DNA from: Candidatus Bathyarchaeota archaeon
GTDB lineage: Archaea > Thermoproteota > Bathyarchaeia > Bathyarchaeales > Bathycorpusculaceae
Assembly: GCA_963777155.1 (NCBI GenBank)
Contig: CAVZPM010000016.1
Location: 1 to 13,942, forward strand
DNA: 13,942 nucleotides
Direction: 5' to 3'
Positions 6,380 through 13,942 of the stretch are shown here, one piece after another. The translations under genes were made by a program, and so were the position numbers. A model generated the notes under the pieces. That model worked only from the letters and a program-made list of their open reading frames with translations. It had not been told where the DNA came from and made no database searches. Numbering within the stretch: position 1 is the first letter of the stretch; each line of letters begins with the position of its first letter.

Positions 6380-9284
6380 ATGCAAAATAAAAATAAAACT
6401 TTAGCTATTTCTATCGCTTTGATCTTAGTAGTTTCAATGGCAACTTCAATAATGCTTGTACCAAACGCTGACGCACATACACCTGCATGGCAAATATTCC
6501 CACATACGCATACATTAATGCTAGCCCAAACCCAATAGGTGTCGGTCAGACAGCACACGTCTACATGTGGCTTGACGCTGTTTACGGCGTAGCAGGAGGA
6601 ACCACTGCATAGTTCGAACGAACGCCTCAACAGCCAGCGCAGGATTAACTTTCCAACATTTACAGATTCCACAACTACAAGCTCATTATTACGGCACCCG
6701 ATAATACAACTACAACACAGAATTTTGCCGATTATTTCTAGACACAACCTCAAGCCAATTACGTGAAATTCACACCTACACAGGTCGGCACATACAAGTT
6801 TGACTTTAGTTTCCCAGGCCAAGTATATGGAGCAAACGGTAATGGCTACGAGAAATCAGTGCTGATAGGCGACACATATCTTCCTAGCAGCGCATCCACA
6901 ACACTTGACGTACAAGCAAGATCCGATTCCCGAGTCCGATAAACAGCTATCCGCTTCCACAGCAGTATTGGGCACATCCAATCTACGGTGAAAACACTGA
7001 CTGGTGGAAGATATCGTCCGACTGGCTAGGTTCAGGTGCCCCAGTTCCAGCAGGCTACACTAGCTCAACATTATTCCATGGCGATGCTGTAGGACCTTTG
7101 ACTTCCCACGTGATGTGGACAAGACCGCTTCAATTTGGAGGAGTTGTCGGAGGGAGCAATTTCGCCGACGGCGGCTCATTTCCTGATGGAGCAGTTTATG
7201 GACCAGCTTACTGGGAGGGTTCTTCATACAGACCACGATTCGTTAATGGAATAGTGATGGACGGAATACTCTTCTATAAAGGTGTGATAGCAACTGGAGG
7301 AAGCACCACTGGACCAACCATCGCACTTGACCTTCGAACTGGAAAAGTTCTTTGGTCAAGAGACGATGTACCCCTACTTTCCTTCGGATACATATACAAC
7401 ATTTGGAACCCAGACCAACACGGAGTAATGGCACCAATACTTTTCACAAGCAACTTCGCCAGAGCCTTTGATGCATATACAGGAGTCCAATTGTTCAACG
7501 TTACCAACATGCCTACAGGAACATCCACCACAGTTGCGGGTCCAAGCGGTGAACAAATAAAGTACTTCTTCCAAAACGCGGGCACCAATGCAGCTCCACA
7601 ATGGTATCTTGCACAGTGGAACTCCTCCAGACTATGGATCCAAGATGTCAACCCATTCACAGGCGGCGGCAGTCTTAATGCGCCCTCAGTGCTTAACTGG
7701 ACAACCGCAATAAATGGCGTTCCAGTTGTTGGACCTTTACCCAGTAGCTCTATACAAACAACAGTTCCTGCATCGAGCAACCCCACCGACACTATAATTG
7801 TTAACGGAAACATTCCTTTGAATGCAACCACCAATGCACAGACTGGGGTCTACGCAATACCGATAACCACCTATGACTGGAACATTTCAGTGCCGTGGCT
7901 AAACACTATGCCTCTACAACCAACTTTCAACTCAGTTACAGGAAACTTTACAATGCCTGCAGCTGGAACAAACCCAGTGTCAATTCTTGCAGCTAACTTC
8001 GGAGATGCAATGCTCTGCAGAAACGGCTCCTTACCAGTAGGGTACAAAGGAACAAGCGCAGGCCAGCCACAACTGCCATGCACAATGTTCCTTGTTAACC
8101 TCAACGCTTCAAAAGGCGCAATCGGCTCAATACTTTGGATGCAGACTTATAACCCACCCGCAGGAAACCTCACTATGTCTTTCGGAGCAGTCGACTGGCA
8201 GACACGCGTTTTCACTTTCAATTACCAGGAAACACTCAATTGGGTAGGATACGATATGAACAACGGCAATTACCTATACACGACTCCACGTCAGAGTGAC
8301 TTTGACTACTATGGCGTCGGCAACACTATGGTCAGCGTACTTGCTTATGGCAACCTGTACACCAGTGGATTCTCAGGTGTATGCTATGCCTTTAACGATA
8401 GAACTGGAGAATTACTATGGACTTACGGCAACGGTGGAGAAGGCAACTCCACTAACGGTGGCTTGCAGATATTTTACGGCGTCTACCCGACATTCATTCA
8501 ATCGATTGCCAACGGAGTAATTTACTTATCGACAAACGAACACACAATTCCCAACCCAATGTACAAGGGCTCTACATATCGCGCTATTAACGCAACCGAT
8601 GGAACAGAAATATGGCAGCTTTCAGGTTACCCCAGCGAGTGGTCTACTCCTGGTTCAGCATGGTATACAGCAGATGGCTTTTTAGCATGCATGAACGGCC
8701 TTGACAACAACATCTACAGCATCGGCAGAGGACCAAGCGCTTTAACAGTTTCAGCTCCGAACTTAGCAGCAGCATCTGGACAACCAGTTATTATCAGCGG
8801 TACAGTAGTGGATATTTCCGCAGGTACTAAACAGGACGAGCAAGCAGCACGCTTTGCGAATGGTGTTCCATGCGCATCTGATGCCAGCATGAAAGACTGG
8901 ATGGGCTATGTCTACCAACAGAAACCACTGCCAACCAACTTCACAGGTGTTGACGTAACAATCAACGTGGTGGACGCAAACGGAAACTTTCGAAGCATCG
9001 GCACAGCAACAACTGACTACACAGGCGCATACAATTTAGTATGGCAACCAGACATTCCAGGCACATACAACGTCATCGCAACATTTGCAGGCACCAACGG
9101 TTACTGGCCATCATCTGCAACTGCCGCATTCAACGTAATGGAAGAACATCCAACAACAGCACCAACACCGACTGCAGCACCATCAATGGCTGACCAGTAC
9201 TTTATTCCAGCAATAGCAGGGCTATTTGTCTTCGTAGCTATAATCGGCGTTGTAATCATCCTGGTCCTCAGGAAACGACCATAA
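6380..9284 (+). CDS. Secreted, membrane-anchored PQQ-like beta-propeller surface glycoprotein (about 965 aa); several frameshifts in about 6495-6945
   Basis: Signal peptide MQNKNKTLAISIALILVVSMATSIMLVPNADA/HTPAWQI. Shifted-frame segments PTYAYINASPNPIGVGQ, YRFHNYKLIITAPD, FTPTQVGTYKFDFSFPGQ and YPLPQQYWAHPIYGEN lead into ORF 7098-9284. PQQ-type blades: ALDLRTGKVLW, AFNDRTGELLW, AINATDGTEIW. An Ig-like C-domain, a Thr/Pro linker, a TM helix and RKRP end the protein. Confidence 0.88.
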
Positions 9285-9291
9285 ACAAACC

Positions 9292-9336
9292 AAGTGGACA
9301 AACCACTTCCCTCTTTATTTTTTTGTTTTTAATTTT
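9292..9336 (+). terminator. Hairpin plus U-rich terminator of the beta-propeller gene
   Basis: AAGTGG-acaaa-CCACTT (9292-9308) is followed by CTCTTTATTTTTTTGTTTTT, just after the stop at 9284. Confidence 0.7.
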
Positions 9337-9349
9337 AACACTATTTTTT

Positions 9350-9362
9350 CAAACTTTATATT
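9350..9362 (+). promoter_or_regulatory. BRE/TATA promoter of the methyltransferase gene
   Basis: CAAAC-TTTATATT lies about 50 nt upstream of ATG 9412. An SD-like GGCGGT precedes the start. Confidence 0.5.
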
Positions 9363-9411
9363 AATCCCAAAACCAACAATACCTCACTCATACCTCAGCC
9401 TGGGCGGTCGA

Positions 9412-10224
9412 ATGCTCAAAGACAACAATTTCAAAGAACAAATTCACGAAGCCAACGTTATAGTTCATCGCTTTGAAGCACCATACTACGAACTGCTCCA
9501 CCCAGAAGTCTACAGCAGACACGAACAAAAAAGAATAATCGCCAAACTAAAAAAAATCGACCAGCAAATCGCCGATAACCAAAAGATCGCTCTTGACGTA
9601 GGTGCAGGAACAGGTAACCTAACAGGCAAACTCTTGCAGATGGACTATAACGTAGTGGCAACCGATATTTCACCTGAAATGTGTGGGATTCTCAAAAAGA
9701 AATTCGCTGGTTATTTGCCTGATAAACTAACTGTAATTAACTCGGCCGTGGAAGATCTAAGTTTTAGCCAGGGTAAGTTTGATTTAATAACCTTCTACTC
9801 AGTGCTCCATCATCTGCCTGACTATCCTTCTGCTCTTCGCACAGTCTGTGGCTTTCTAAAGAAGGGTGGCGTAATGTATATCGACCATGAAGCATCCCCG
9901 TCCTACTGGAAAAGCGAACCCAGTGGTCTAGCTAGCTTGGTTAAAGGACTATACTTTCATTCAAACCCCGCAATCAACAGCCTTTACTTCCAACTCATAG
10001 GCTTAAAAGTTCCCACAATTGACTACACCCTGTCTGATTACTGGCACAAAAAAGAACATGCCCTAAGCCACCAAGCCATACTAGAAGTCTTCAAAAAGGA
10101 GGGGTTCGATTTCTCCAAACGAACAGACTATTATCAGCACGGAACCTGGATTCCGAATCCGCTGTTTCCGTTTTACAGTCTTCTTTGTCAGCCAGAAATG
10201 AGTTATTGGATAGCAAAAAAATAG
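9412..10224 (+). CDS. Class I SAM-dependent methyltransferase
   Basis: Motif I ALDVGAGTG, then VVATDISPEM, FDLITFYSVLHH and LKKGGVMYI. Confidence 0.9.
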   Translation: MLKDNNFKEQIHEANVIVHRFEAPYYELLHPEVYSRHEQKRIIAKLKKIDQQIADNQKIALDVGAGTGNLTGKLLQMDYNVVATDISPEMCGILKKKFAGYLPDKLTVINSAVEDLSFSQGKFDLITFYSVLHHLPDYPSALRTVCGFLKKGGVMYIDHEASPSYWKSEPSGLASLVKGLYFHSNPAINSLYFQLIGLKVPTIDYTLSDYWHKKEHALSHQAILEVFKKEGFDFSKRTDYYQHGTWIPNPLFPFYSLLCQPEMSYWIAKK

Positions 10225-10329
10225 TTGCCTTTGAATCCATGGACGCCTGTATTTCTCGGTTAGATAATTTTGATAAAGAACTCTAAATTATTTGGTTCAA
10301 GTTAAGCTTAAGACTATGAGGTTGTTTGT

Positions 10330-10473
10330 GTGCCCAGTATTGAGCTCGTAGTGGCGGCGTTCCTAACTATCACTTTCTTAGTCGGCAGTCCTATCTAACA
10401 AGCTTAAGGTACCATACACCCTGGTTGTGGTTCTACCAGGAATTACATAACCGTTATTGCGTTTTTGTTTTAG
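10330..10473 (+). pseudogene. Remnant (about 47 codons) resembling the N-terminus of a CPA1/NhaP-type Na+/H+ antiporter; contains two indels
   Basis: GAGGT SD then GTG. Reconstructed across two frameshifts as MPSIELVVAAFLTITFLV-AVLSNKLKVPYTLVVVLPGI-ITVIAFLF-stop. 'KLKVPYTLV.V..G' recalls the TM1-TM2 junction of CPA1 antiporters (recognised from memory, not searched). Confidence 0.5.
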
Positions 10474-10476
10474 TAA

Positions 10477-11565
10477 CTACTGCAATTCCAGGTGTGCTTT
10501 CCTAACTTTATCTGTGACCTGCAGTTTGTAGTGGCACTTATTGTCGCATTCTTTGCAATCTGTGCATTTGTCTGCTTTGACTTCTAAGCCTGCGTAGAGT
10601 TTTTTAGCCCAGTTTCTCAAGCCGTAGCCTGAGTAAAGAGTTTGAAATCGTAGAATTGCGGCTATGTTTATGCCTTGTGGACATGGGAGGCATTGTCCAC
10701 AGTCTCGGCAGTGGTTTGCTCCGAGGTCAAAACTGAATCTTTGCTGTTCTTTGGATGTTAATCCCCTGTACTTTTCTCCCGTCTTAGCCGCTGTTTCTAC
10801 TTCGTTTATGGTTTTTAATCCAGGAATTACCGTCGAGATATCTTGCGACAAAACATATCTTAGAGCGTTGCTTGCCATTGTTTCGTTGTCTTGTCCCAAT
10901 ATGGCTTTAATCTCTGGTTCATCCGATATCAGGGAAAGCGAAGGCTGGTATAGGCAAGTTATAAGATTAGAGGTTTTGGCTGAAAGGGGCTTCATCACAA
11001 CAACGCCTATGTCATGTGCCCTCGCTGCTGGCAACAGTTCCTCCAACGCTTGCCGAGTTACAATGTTGAGGGGAACCAGAACCGTGTCAAATTCACCGCT
11101 CTCAATCGCCCGAGCTAAGATTCGAGGTTTGTGTCCTGTGATGCCGATAAAATCAACCAGCCCTCTTTTGCGTGCTTCCTTACAGGTCTGTAGCGAACCA
11201 TCCGCACCCATGGCTTTCGCAAGTGTTTTCTCATCATCTATCCCATGAAGTTGAATAATGTCGAGGTGGTCGGTTCTAAGCCGTTTTAGGCTGCACTCAA
11301 AATCTTCAAGGGATTCCTTTTTAGTCCTAGAACCCGTCTTTGTGGCAATGATACATTTATCTCTGACCTCGTGAAGGGCGGCTCCAATTTTTTCTTCACT
11401 GTCCCCATCCAACTTGGCGGTGTCAAAGTAGTTTATTCCTAAATCAAATGCGTGTCTGACAACTCCTACTGCTTCAGGTATGGGGAGTTCTGAGATCCAA
11501 GTTCCACCAAATCCTACTATAGACACTTGAAGGTTTGTTCTGCCGAGTCTTCTTTTCTGAAAAAC
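10477..11565 (-). CDS. Aldo/keto reductase with C-terminal 4Fe-4S dicluster domain (start uncertain, upstream of 11526)
   Basis: The frame extends upstream as VFQKRRLGRTNLQVSIVGFGG, a typical AKR N-terminus. Other motifs: GINYFDTA, IATK, SLKRLRTDHLDIIQLH, GVVVMKPL. C-terminal cysteine motifs: CRDCGQCLPCP and CTDCKECDNKC. Confidence 0.9.
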   Translation of the reverse strand, partial: VFQKRRLGRTNLQVSIVGFGGTWISELPIPEAVGVVRHAFDLGINYFDTAKLDGDSEEKIGAALHEVRDKCIIATKTGSRTKKESLEDFECSLKRLRTDHLDIIQLHGIDDEKTLAKAMGADGSLQTCKEARKRGLVDFIGITGHKPRILARAIESGEFDTVLVPLNIVTRQALEELLPAARAHDIGVVVMKPLSAKTSNLITCLYQPSLSLISDEPEIKAILGQDNETMASNALRYVLSQDISTVIPGLKTINEVETAAKTGEKYRGLTSKEQQRFSFDLGANHCRDCGQCLPCPQGINIAAILRFQTLYSGYGLRNWAKKLYAGLEVKADKCTDCKECDNKCHYKLQVTDKVRKAHLELQ

Positions 11566-11593
11566 GATTCGCCTCTGGGGTTTCCGTTTTAAT

Positions 11594-12709
11594 TTAATTA
11601 TTGCTTAGGGCTTGTTTTATTTTTTCTACGAGTTGTTGATTGTCTTTGGCAGAACGAATGGTGATACGGAAATAATGGTCGTCTAAACCCATGAAGGTGC
11701 AGCAATCACGTATTAGTATGCGCTCTTTGGCAAGCATCTCTTTAAGCATGGTTGATGTAATTTTTTTGTTCTCAATTTTTACTAGCAGAAAATTCGTTAC
11801 GGATGGGTAGACATGTAAGCCTTCGATTTCACCCAATGCTTTGACGAGGGTTGCTCGATTTTTGGCGATTGTTTCTTTTGTATTCTTTATGAATTCTTTG
11901 TCTTTAAACGCTGCCAATGTAACCTGGCCCGCTAAGCCATTGATACTCCATGGAAGTCGGGTAGTCTGTAGTTTGTCGATGAGGGTTCCGGCAGCGATGG
12001 CGTAGCCAAATCGTATCCCAGCCATGCCATAGAACTTCGTGACCGAACGTATAACAAACAGGTTCTCATAATCCTTAACCATGCCTGCAAGGGTGTTATC
12101 TAAGCTCTTATTGGCGAATTCGATGTAGTTCTCGTCGATGCTGAAGATGACGTCTTTTTTATTGCAGAATTTAACCAGATCTAAAAGAGCTTCTTTACTA
12201 TAGAGCGTTCCAGATGGACTATGCGGGTTACAGATACACAGAATCTTCGTCTCATCTGTTATTGCTTTCTTGATTTTTTCTGTTTCCAAGGCAAAGTCTT
12301 GGGGCAGTTGCAGAAACACGGGTTCGCCGCCAACTCTCAAAGCAGCCTTCTCGTACTCTGAAAAAGAAGGTACCGGAATAAGTGCTTTGAAGCCTTTTGG
12401 CAGAATCTCAGTTATCATGTAGATGAGTTCAATCGAACCGTTTCCTAACAGCAGGTTTTCAGGTTCGACATTGTTGCCGACGTACTGTGCGATTTGTTCC
12501 TTAAACTCAACTGGGTTTGGGTCAGGGTAGTAACGAATGAGTTTGGCGTTTTCTTTCACAGCTTCCAATGCTTTGGGTGAAGGTCCAAGAAAGTTAATGG
12601 GTCCGCTGAATTCAAGTACTTCTTCTAGGGGAATGTTGTATTTTCTGCTAAAACCCCAGATGTCTCCTCCGTGGCTAACGAACCTTCTTTTTTTACACGT
12701 GCTTGACAG
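11594..12709 (-). CDS. cobD: PLP-dependent class I/II aminotransferase-fold enzyme, most like threonine-phosphate decarboxylase CobD (HisC not excluded)
   Basis: The in-frame extension upstream of 12568 encodes SHGGDIW...VLEFSGPINFLGPS, matching the CobD-type HGG / DFSANINPLGP motif. Other motifs: YPDP, GNGSIELI, CNPHSPSG, IDENY, PLP lysine in RSVTKFYGMAGIRFGY, ILIRDC. Confidence 0.72.
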   Translation of the reverse strand: MSSTCKKRRFVSHGGDIWGFSRKYNIPLEEVLEFSGPINFLGPSPKALEAVKENAKLIRYYPDPNPVEFKEQIAQYVGNNVEPENLLLGNGSIELIYMITEILPKGFKALIPVPSFSEYEKAALRVGGEPVFLQLPQDFALETEKIKKAITDETKILCICNPHSPSGTLYSKEALLDLVKFCNKKDVIFSIDENYIEFANKSLDNTLAGMVKDYENLFVIRSVTKFYGMAGIRFGYAIAAGTLIDKLQTTRLPWSINGLAGQVTLAAFKDKEFIKNTKETIAKNRATLVKALGEIEGLHVYPSVTNFLLVKIENKKITSTMLKEMLAKERILIRDCCTFMGLDDHYFRITIRSAKDNQQLVEKIKQALSNN

Positions 12710-13247
12710 TTTTTTCTTCCCCCATCAACCTGACTATTTCTTTTTCAACTTGTAAATGTGCTTTAAAGTGGGCGTTGTACAAGTTAACTACCTTGTATAG
12801 CCAGTATACACCCCCAACGCCCAACGTAACAAAGGTAATTATTGCATATGTTTTTATCGGTATTGTCTGCGGCATAAAAACTCGTTCTGGCAGAGCAGCT
12901 GCAAGATAAGCATCCTCTTTGCTTTCATGGACCCGCAAATCCTTAGACAATAAATACAAGATAATGAAAACGGGCACAACTAGAATTATACTGGCTGCCC
13001 ATACCTTAGAATTCATCACTTTGATTCGTTCGTTTAATACAGGTGGCTCCTTCCCTTGAGCCTTCAGGTAAACTGCAACCTGCTTCTCAAACTCGGTCTC
13101 GCTGTGGAAATGCCTGTTTCTACCCTCGACCAAACGGTAAAACATTGGGAAAAAGGCGACGCCGAAAGTGACGATGGCCCCTAAGAACCACATGGAAAAC
13201 CAGACCTTTCGGTCTCCTTCAACTTTAATTTGCATAGTAGTTTCCAT
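12693..13247 (-). CDS. Hypothetical membrane protein (3 TM, repeated hydrophobic-helix/YxL units; DUF4234-like)
   Basis: Similar helices LGAIVTFGVAFFPMFYRL and IITFVTLGVGGVYWLYKV, plus a middle helix. It overlaps the 5' end of the cobD-like gene, suggesting an operon. Confidence 0.7.
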   Translation of the reverse strand: METTMQIKVEGDRKVWFSMWFLGAIVTFGVAFFPMFYRLVEGRNRHFHSETEFEKQVAVYLKAQGKEPPVLNERIKVMNSKVWAASIILVVPVFIILYLLSKDLRVHESKEDAYLAAALPERVFMPQTIPIKTYAIITFVTLGVGGVYWLYKVVNLYNAHFKAHLQVEKEIVRLMGEEKTVKHV

Positions 13248-13291
13248 GTAGGTTCAGACTTTCCATTCGATTGCTATCAAGGTTGGGGTAG

Positions 13292-13305
13292 CCAAACTTT
13301 ATAAG
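13292..13305. promoter_or_regulatory. TATA element between divergent genes
   Basis: CCAAAC-TTTATAAG lies about 28 nt upstream of ATG 13332 (leaderless geometry). It also reads TTATAAAG on the minus strand. Confidence 0.5.
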
Positions 13306-13331
13306 GTCTTCCATTGGCTTCTTAAAATCAA

Positions 13332-13942
13332 ATGCACCCGAGTAAAATGCAGCTCTCTATAGTTATTCCTGTTTATAATGAGGAGCAAACAGTCGGCAAC
13401 ATCATTGAGCGCACGAAAATAGCTCTGCAGCAACAAGGCTTAGATTTTGAAATAATTGTTGTTGATGATCAGTCACATGATAGATCCGTTGAAGTTGCAA
13501 AAAGACATAGCGTTAGGCTCTTTTCTCTGAAACAGCATTTAGGCAAAGGCTATGTTCTACGCGCTGGGTTCGCACAAGCAAAAGGCGACATCATAGTCAC
13601 CATTGACTCAGATGGGTCCCACCGACCGGAAGAATTAGCTGAAGTTTTGGCCCCTGTTCTCCAAGACAAAGCAGATATGGTAATAGGTTCCAGATACCTA
13701 AATCATAAACGAGTTACTGCAAGAAAACTCAACCAATTTGGTGTACGGATCTTCAATTTCCTAATTCAACTATTTACTGGAACAGCCAGCACCGATTCCC
13801 AGTCTGGCTTCCGCGCCATGAAACGGGAAGTTGTCGACAAGCTAAAGCTCTACGCTCGCGAATATGAAATAGAATCGGAAATGCTAGTTAAGACGGCCAA
13901 AGCAGGCTTTAGGGTAGCTGAAGTGCCGATTAGCTTTGAGCA
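13332..13942 (+). CDS. Glycosyltransferase family 2 (DPM1/polyprenol-phosphate glycosyltransferase-like), partial; not in the ORF track
   Basis: Own translation: MHPSKMQLSIVIPVYNEE...EIIVVDDQSHD...GKGYVLRAGFAQAKGDIIVTIDSDGSHRPEE...DMVIGSRY...TDSQSGFRAM. Confidence 0.92.
   Translation, partial: MHPSKMQLSIVIPVYNEEQTVGNIIERTKIALQQQGLDFEIIVVDDQSHDRSVEVAKRHSVRLFSLKQHLGKGYVLRAGFAQAKGDIIVTIDSDGSHRPEELAEVLAPVLQDKADMVIGSRYLNHKRVTARKLNQFGVRIFNFLIQLFTGTASTDSQSGFRAMKREVVDKLKLYAREYEIESEMLVKTAKAGFRVAEVPISFE

Noticed and set aside
6355-6822. 155-aa minus-strand ORF
   Set aside because: Antisense shadow of the frameshifted beta-propeller N-terminus with no recognisable motifs.
6495-6945. In-frame TAG/TAA codons as pyrrolysine readthrough or programmed frameshifting
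   Set aside because: Family-like sequence resumes in other frames rather than after the stops, and there are no consistent slippery sites.
98-12909. Other short ORFs in the track (e.g. 98-295, 688-882, 1648-1989, 3373-3630, 4613-4819, 6034-6288, 7274-7834, 8296-8520, 10664-11248, 12537-12755)
   Set aside because: They overlap well-supported genes on the opposite strand or in another frame and have no motifs or initiation signals.
1-13942. CRISPR arrays, tRNA/rRNA genes, IS elements, integrases
   Set aside because: I saw no spaced direct repeats, cloverleaf or T-loop signatures, or transposase/recombinase ORFs.

Overview
Archaeal chromosomal DNA. TATA/BRE promoters, frequent TTG/GTG starts, tandem-domain Lrp/AsnC regulators and a secreted, C-terminally anchored PQQ-like beta-propeller glycoprotein suggest Candidatus Bathyarchaeia (inference). 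Left to right: the 5' end of a probable third Lrp gene running off the window; a double-domain Lrp; a 470-bp intergenic region with a perfect 12-bp inverted-repeat operator, a TATA box and a structured candidate sRNA; a frameshifted MFS transporter; a frameshifted wHTH membrane protein; a second double-domain Lrp; a B12-binding radical SAM enzyme; the surface beta-propeller gene (true start 6380, N-terminal part frameshifted); a class I SAM methyltransferase; a Na+/H+ antiporter N-terminal remnant; a 4Fe-4S aldo/keto reductase; a CobD-like PLP enzyme; a membrane protein; and a partial GT2 glycosyltransferase. The main observation is that the unpaired parts of the intergenic RNA (about 1370-1530) are perfectly and collinearly complementary to the Shine-Dalgarno, start codon and early codons of the beta-propeller mRNA 5 kb away, which suggests an Lrp-controlled trans-antisense sRNA system. 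The scattered indels are probably sequencing errors. All structures and alignments were done by eye.
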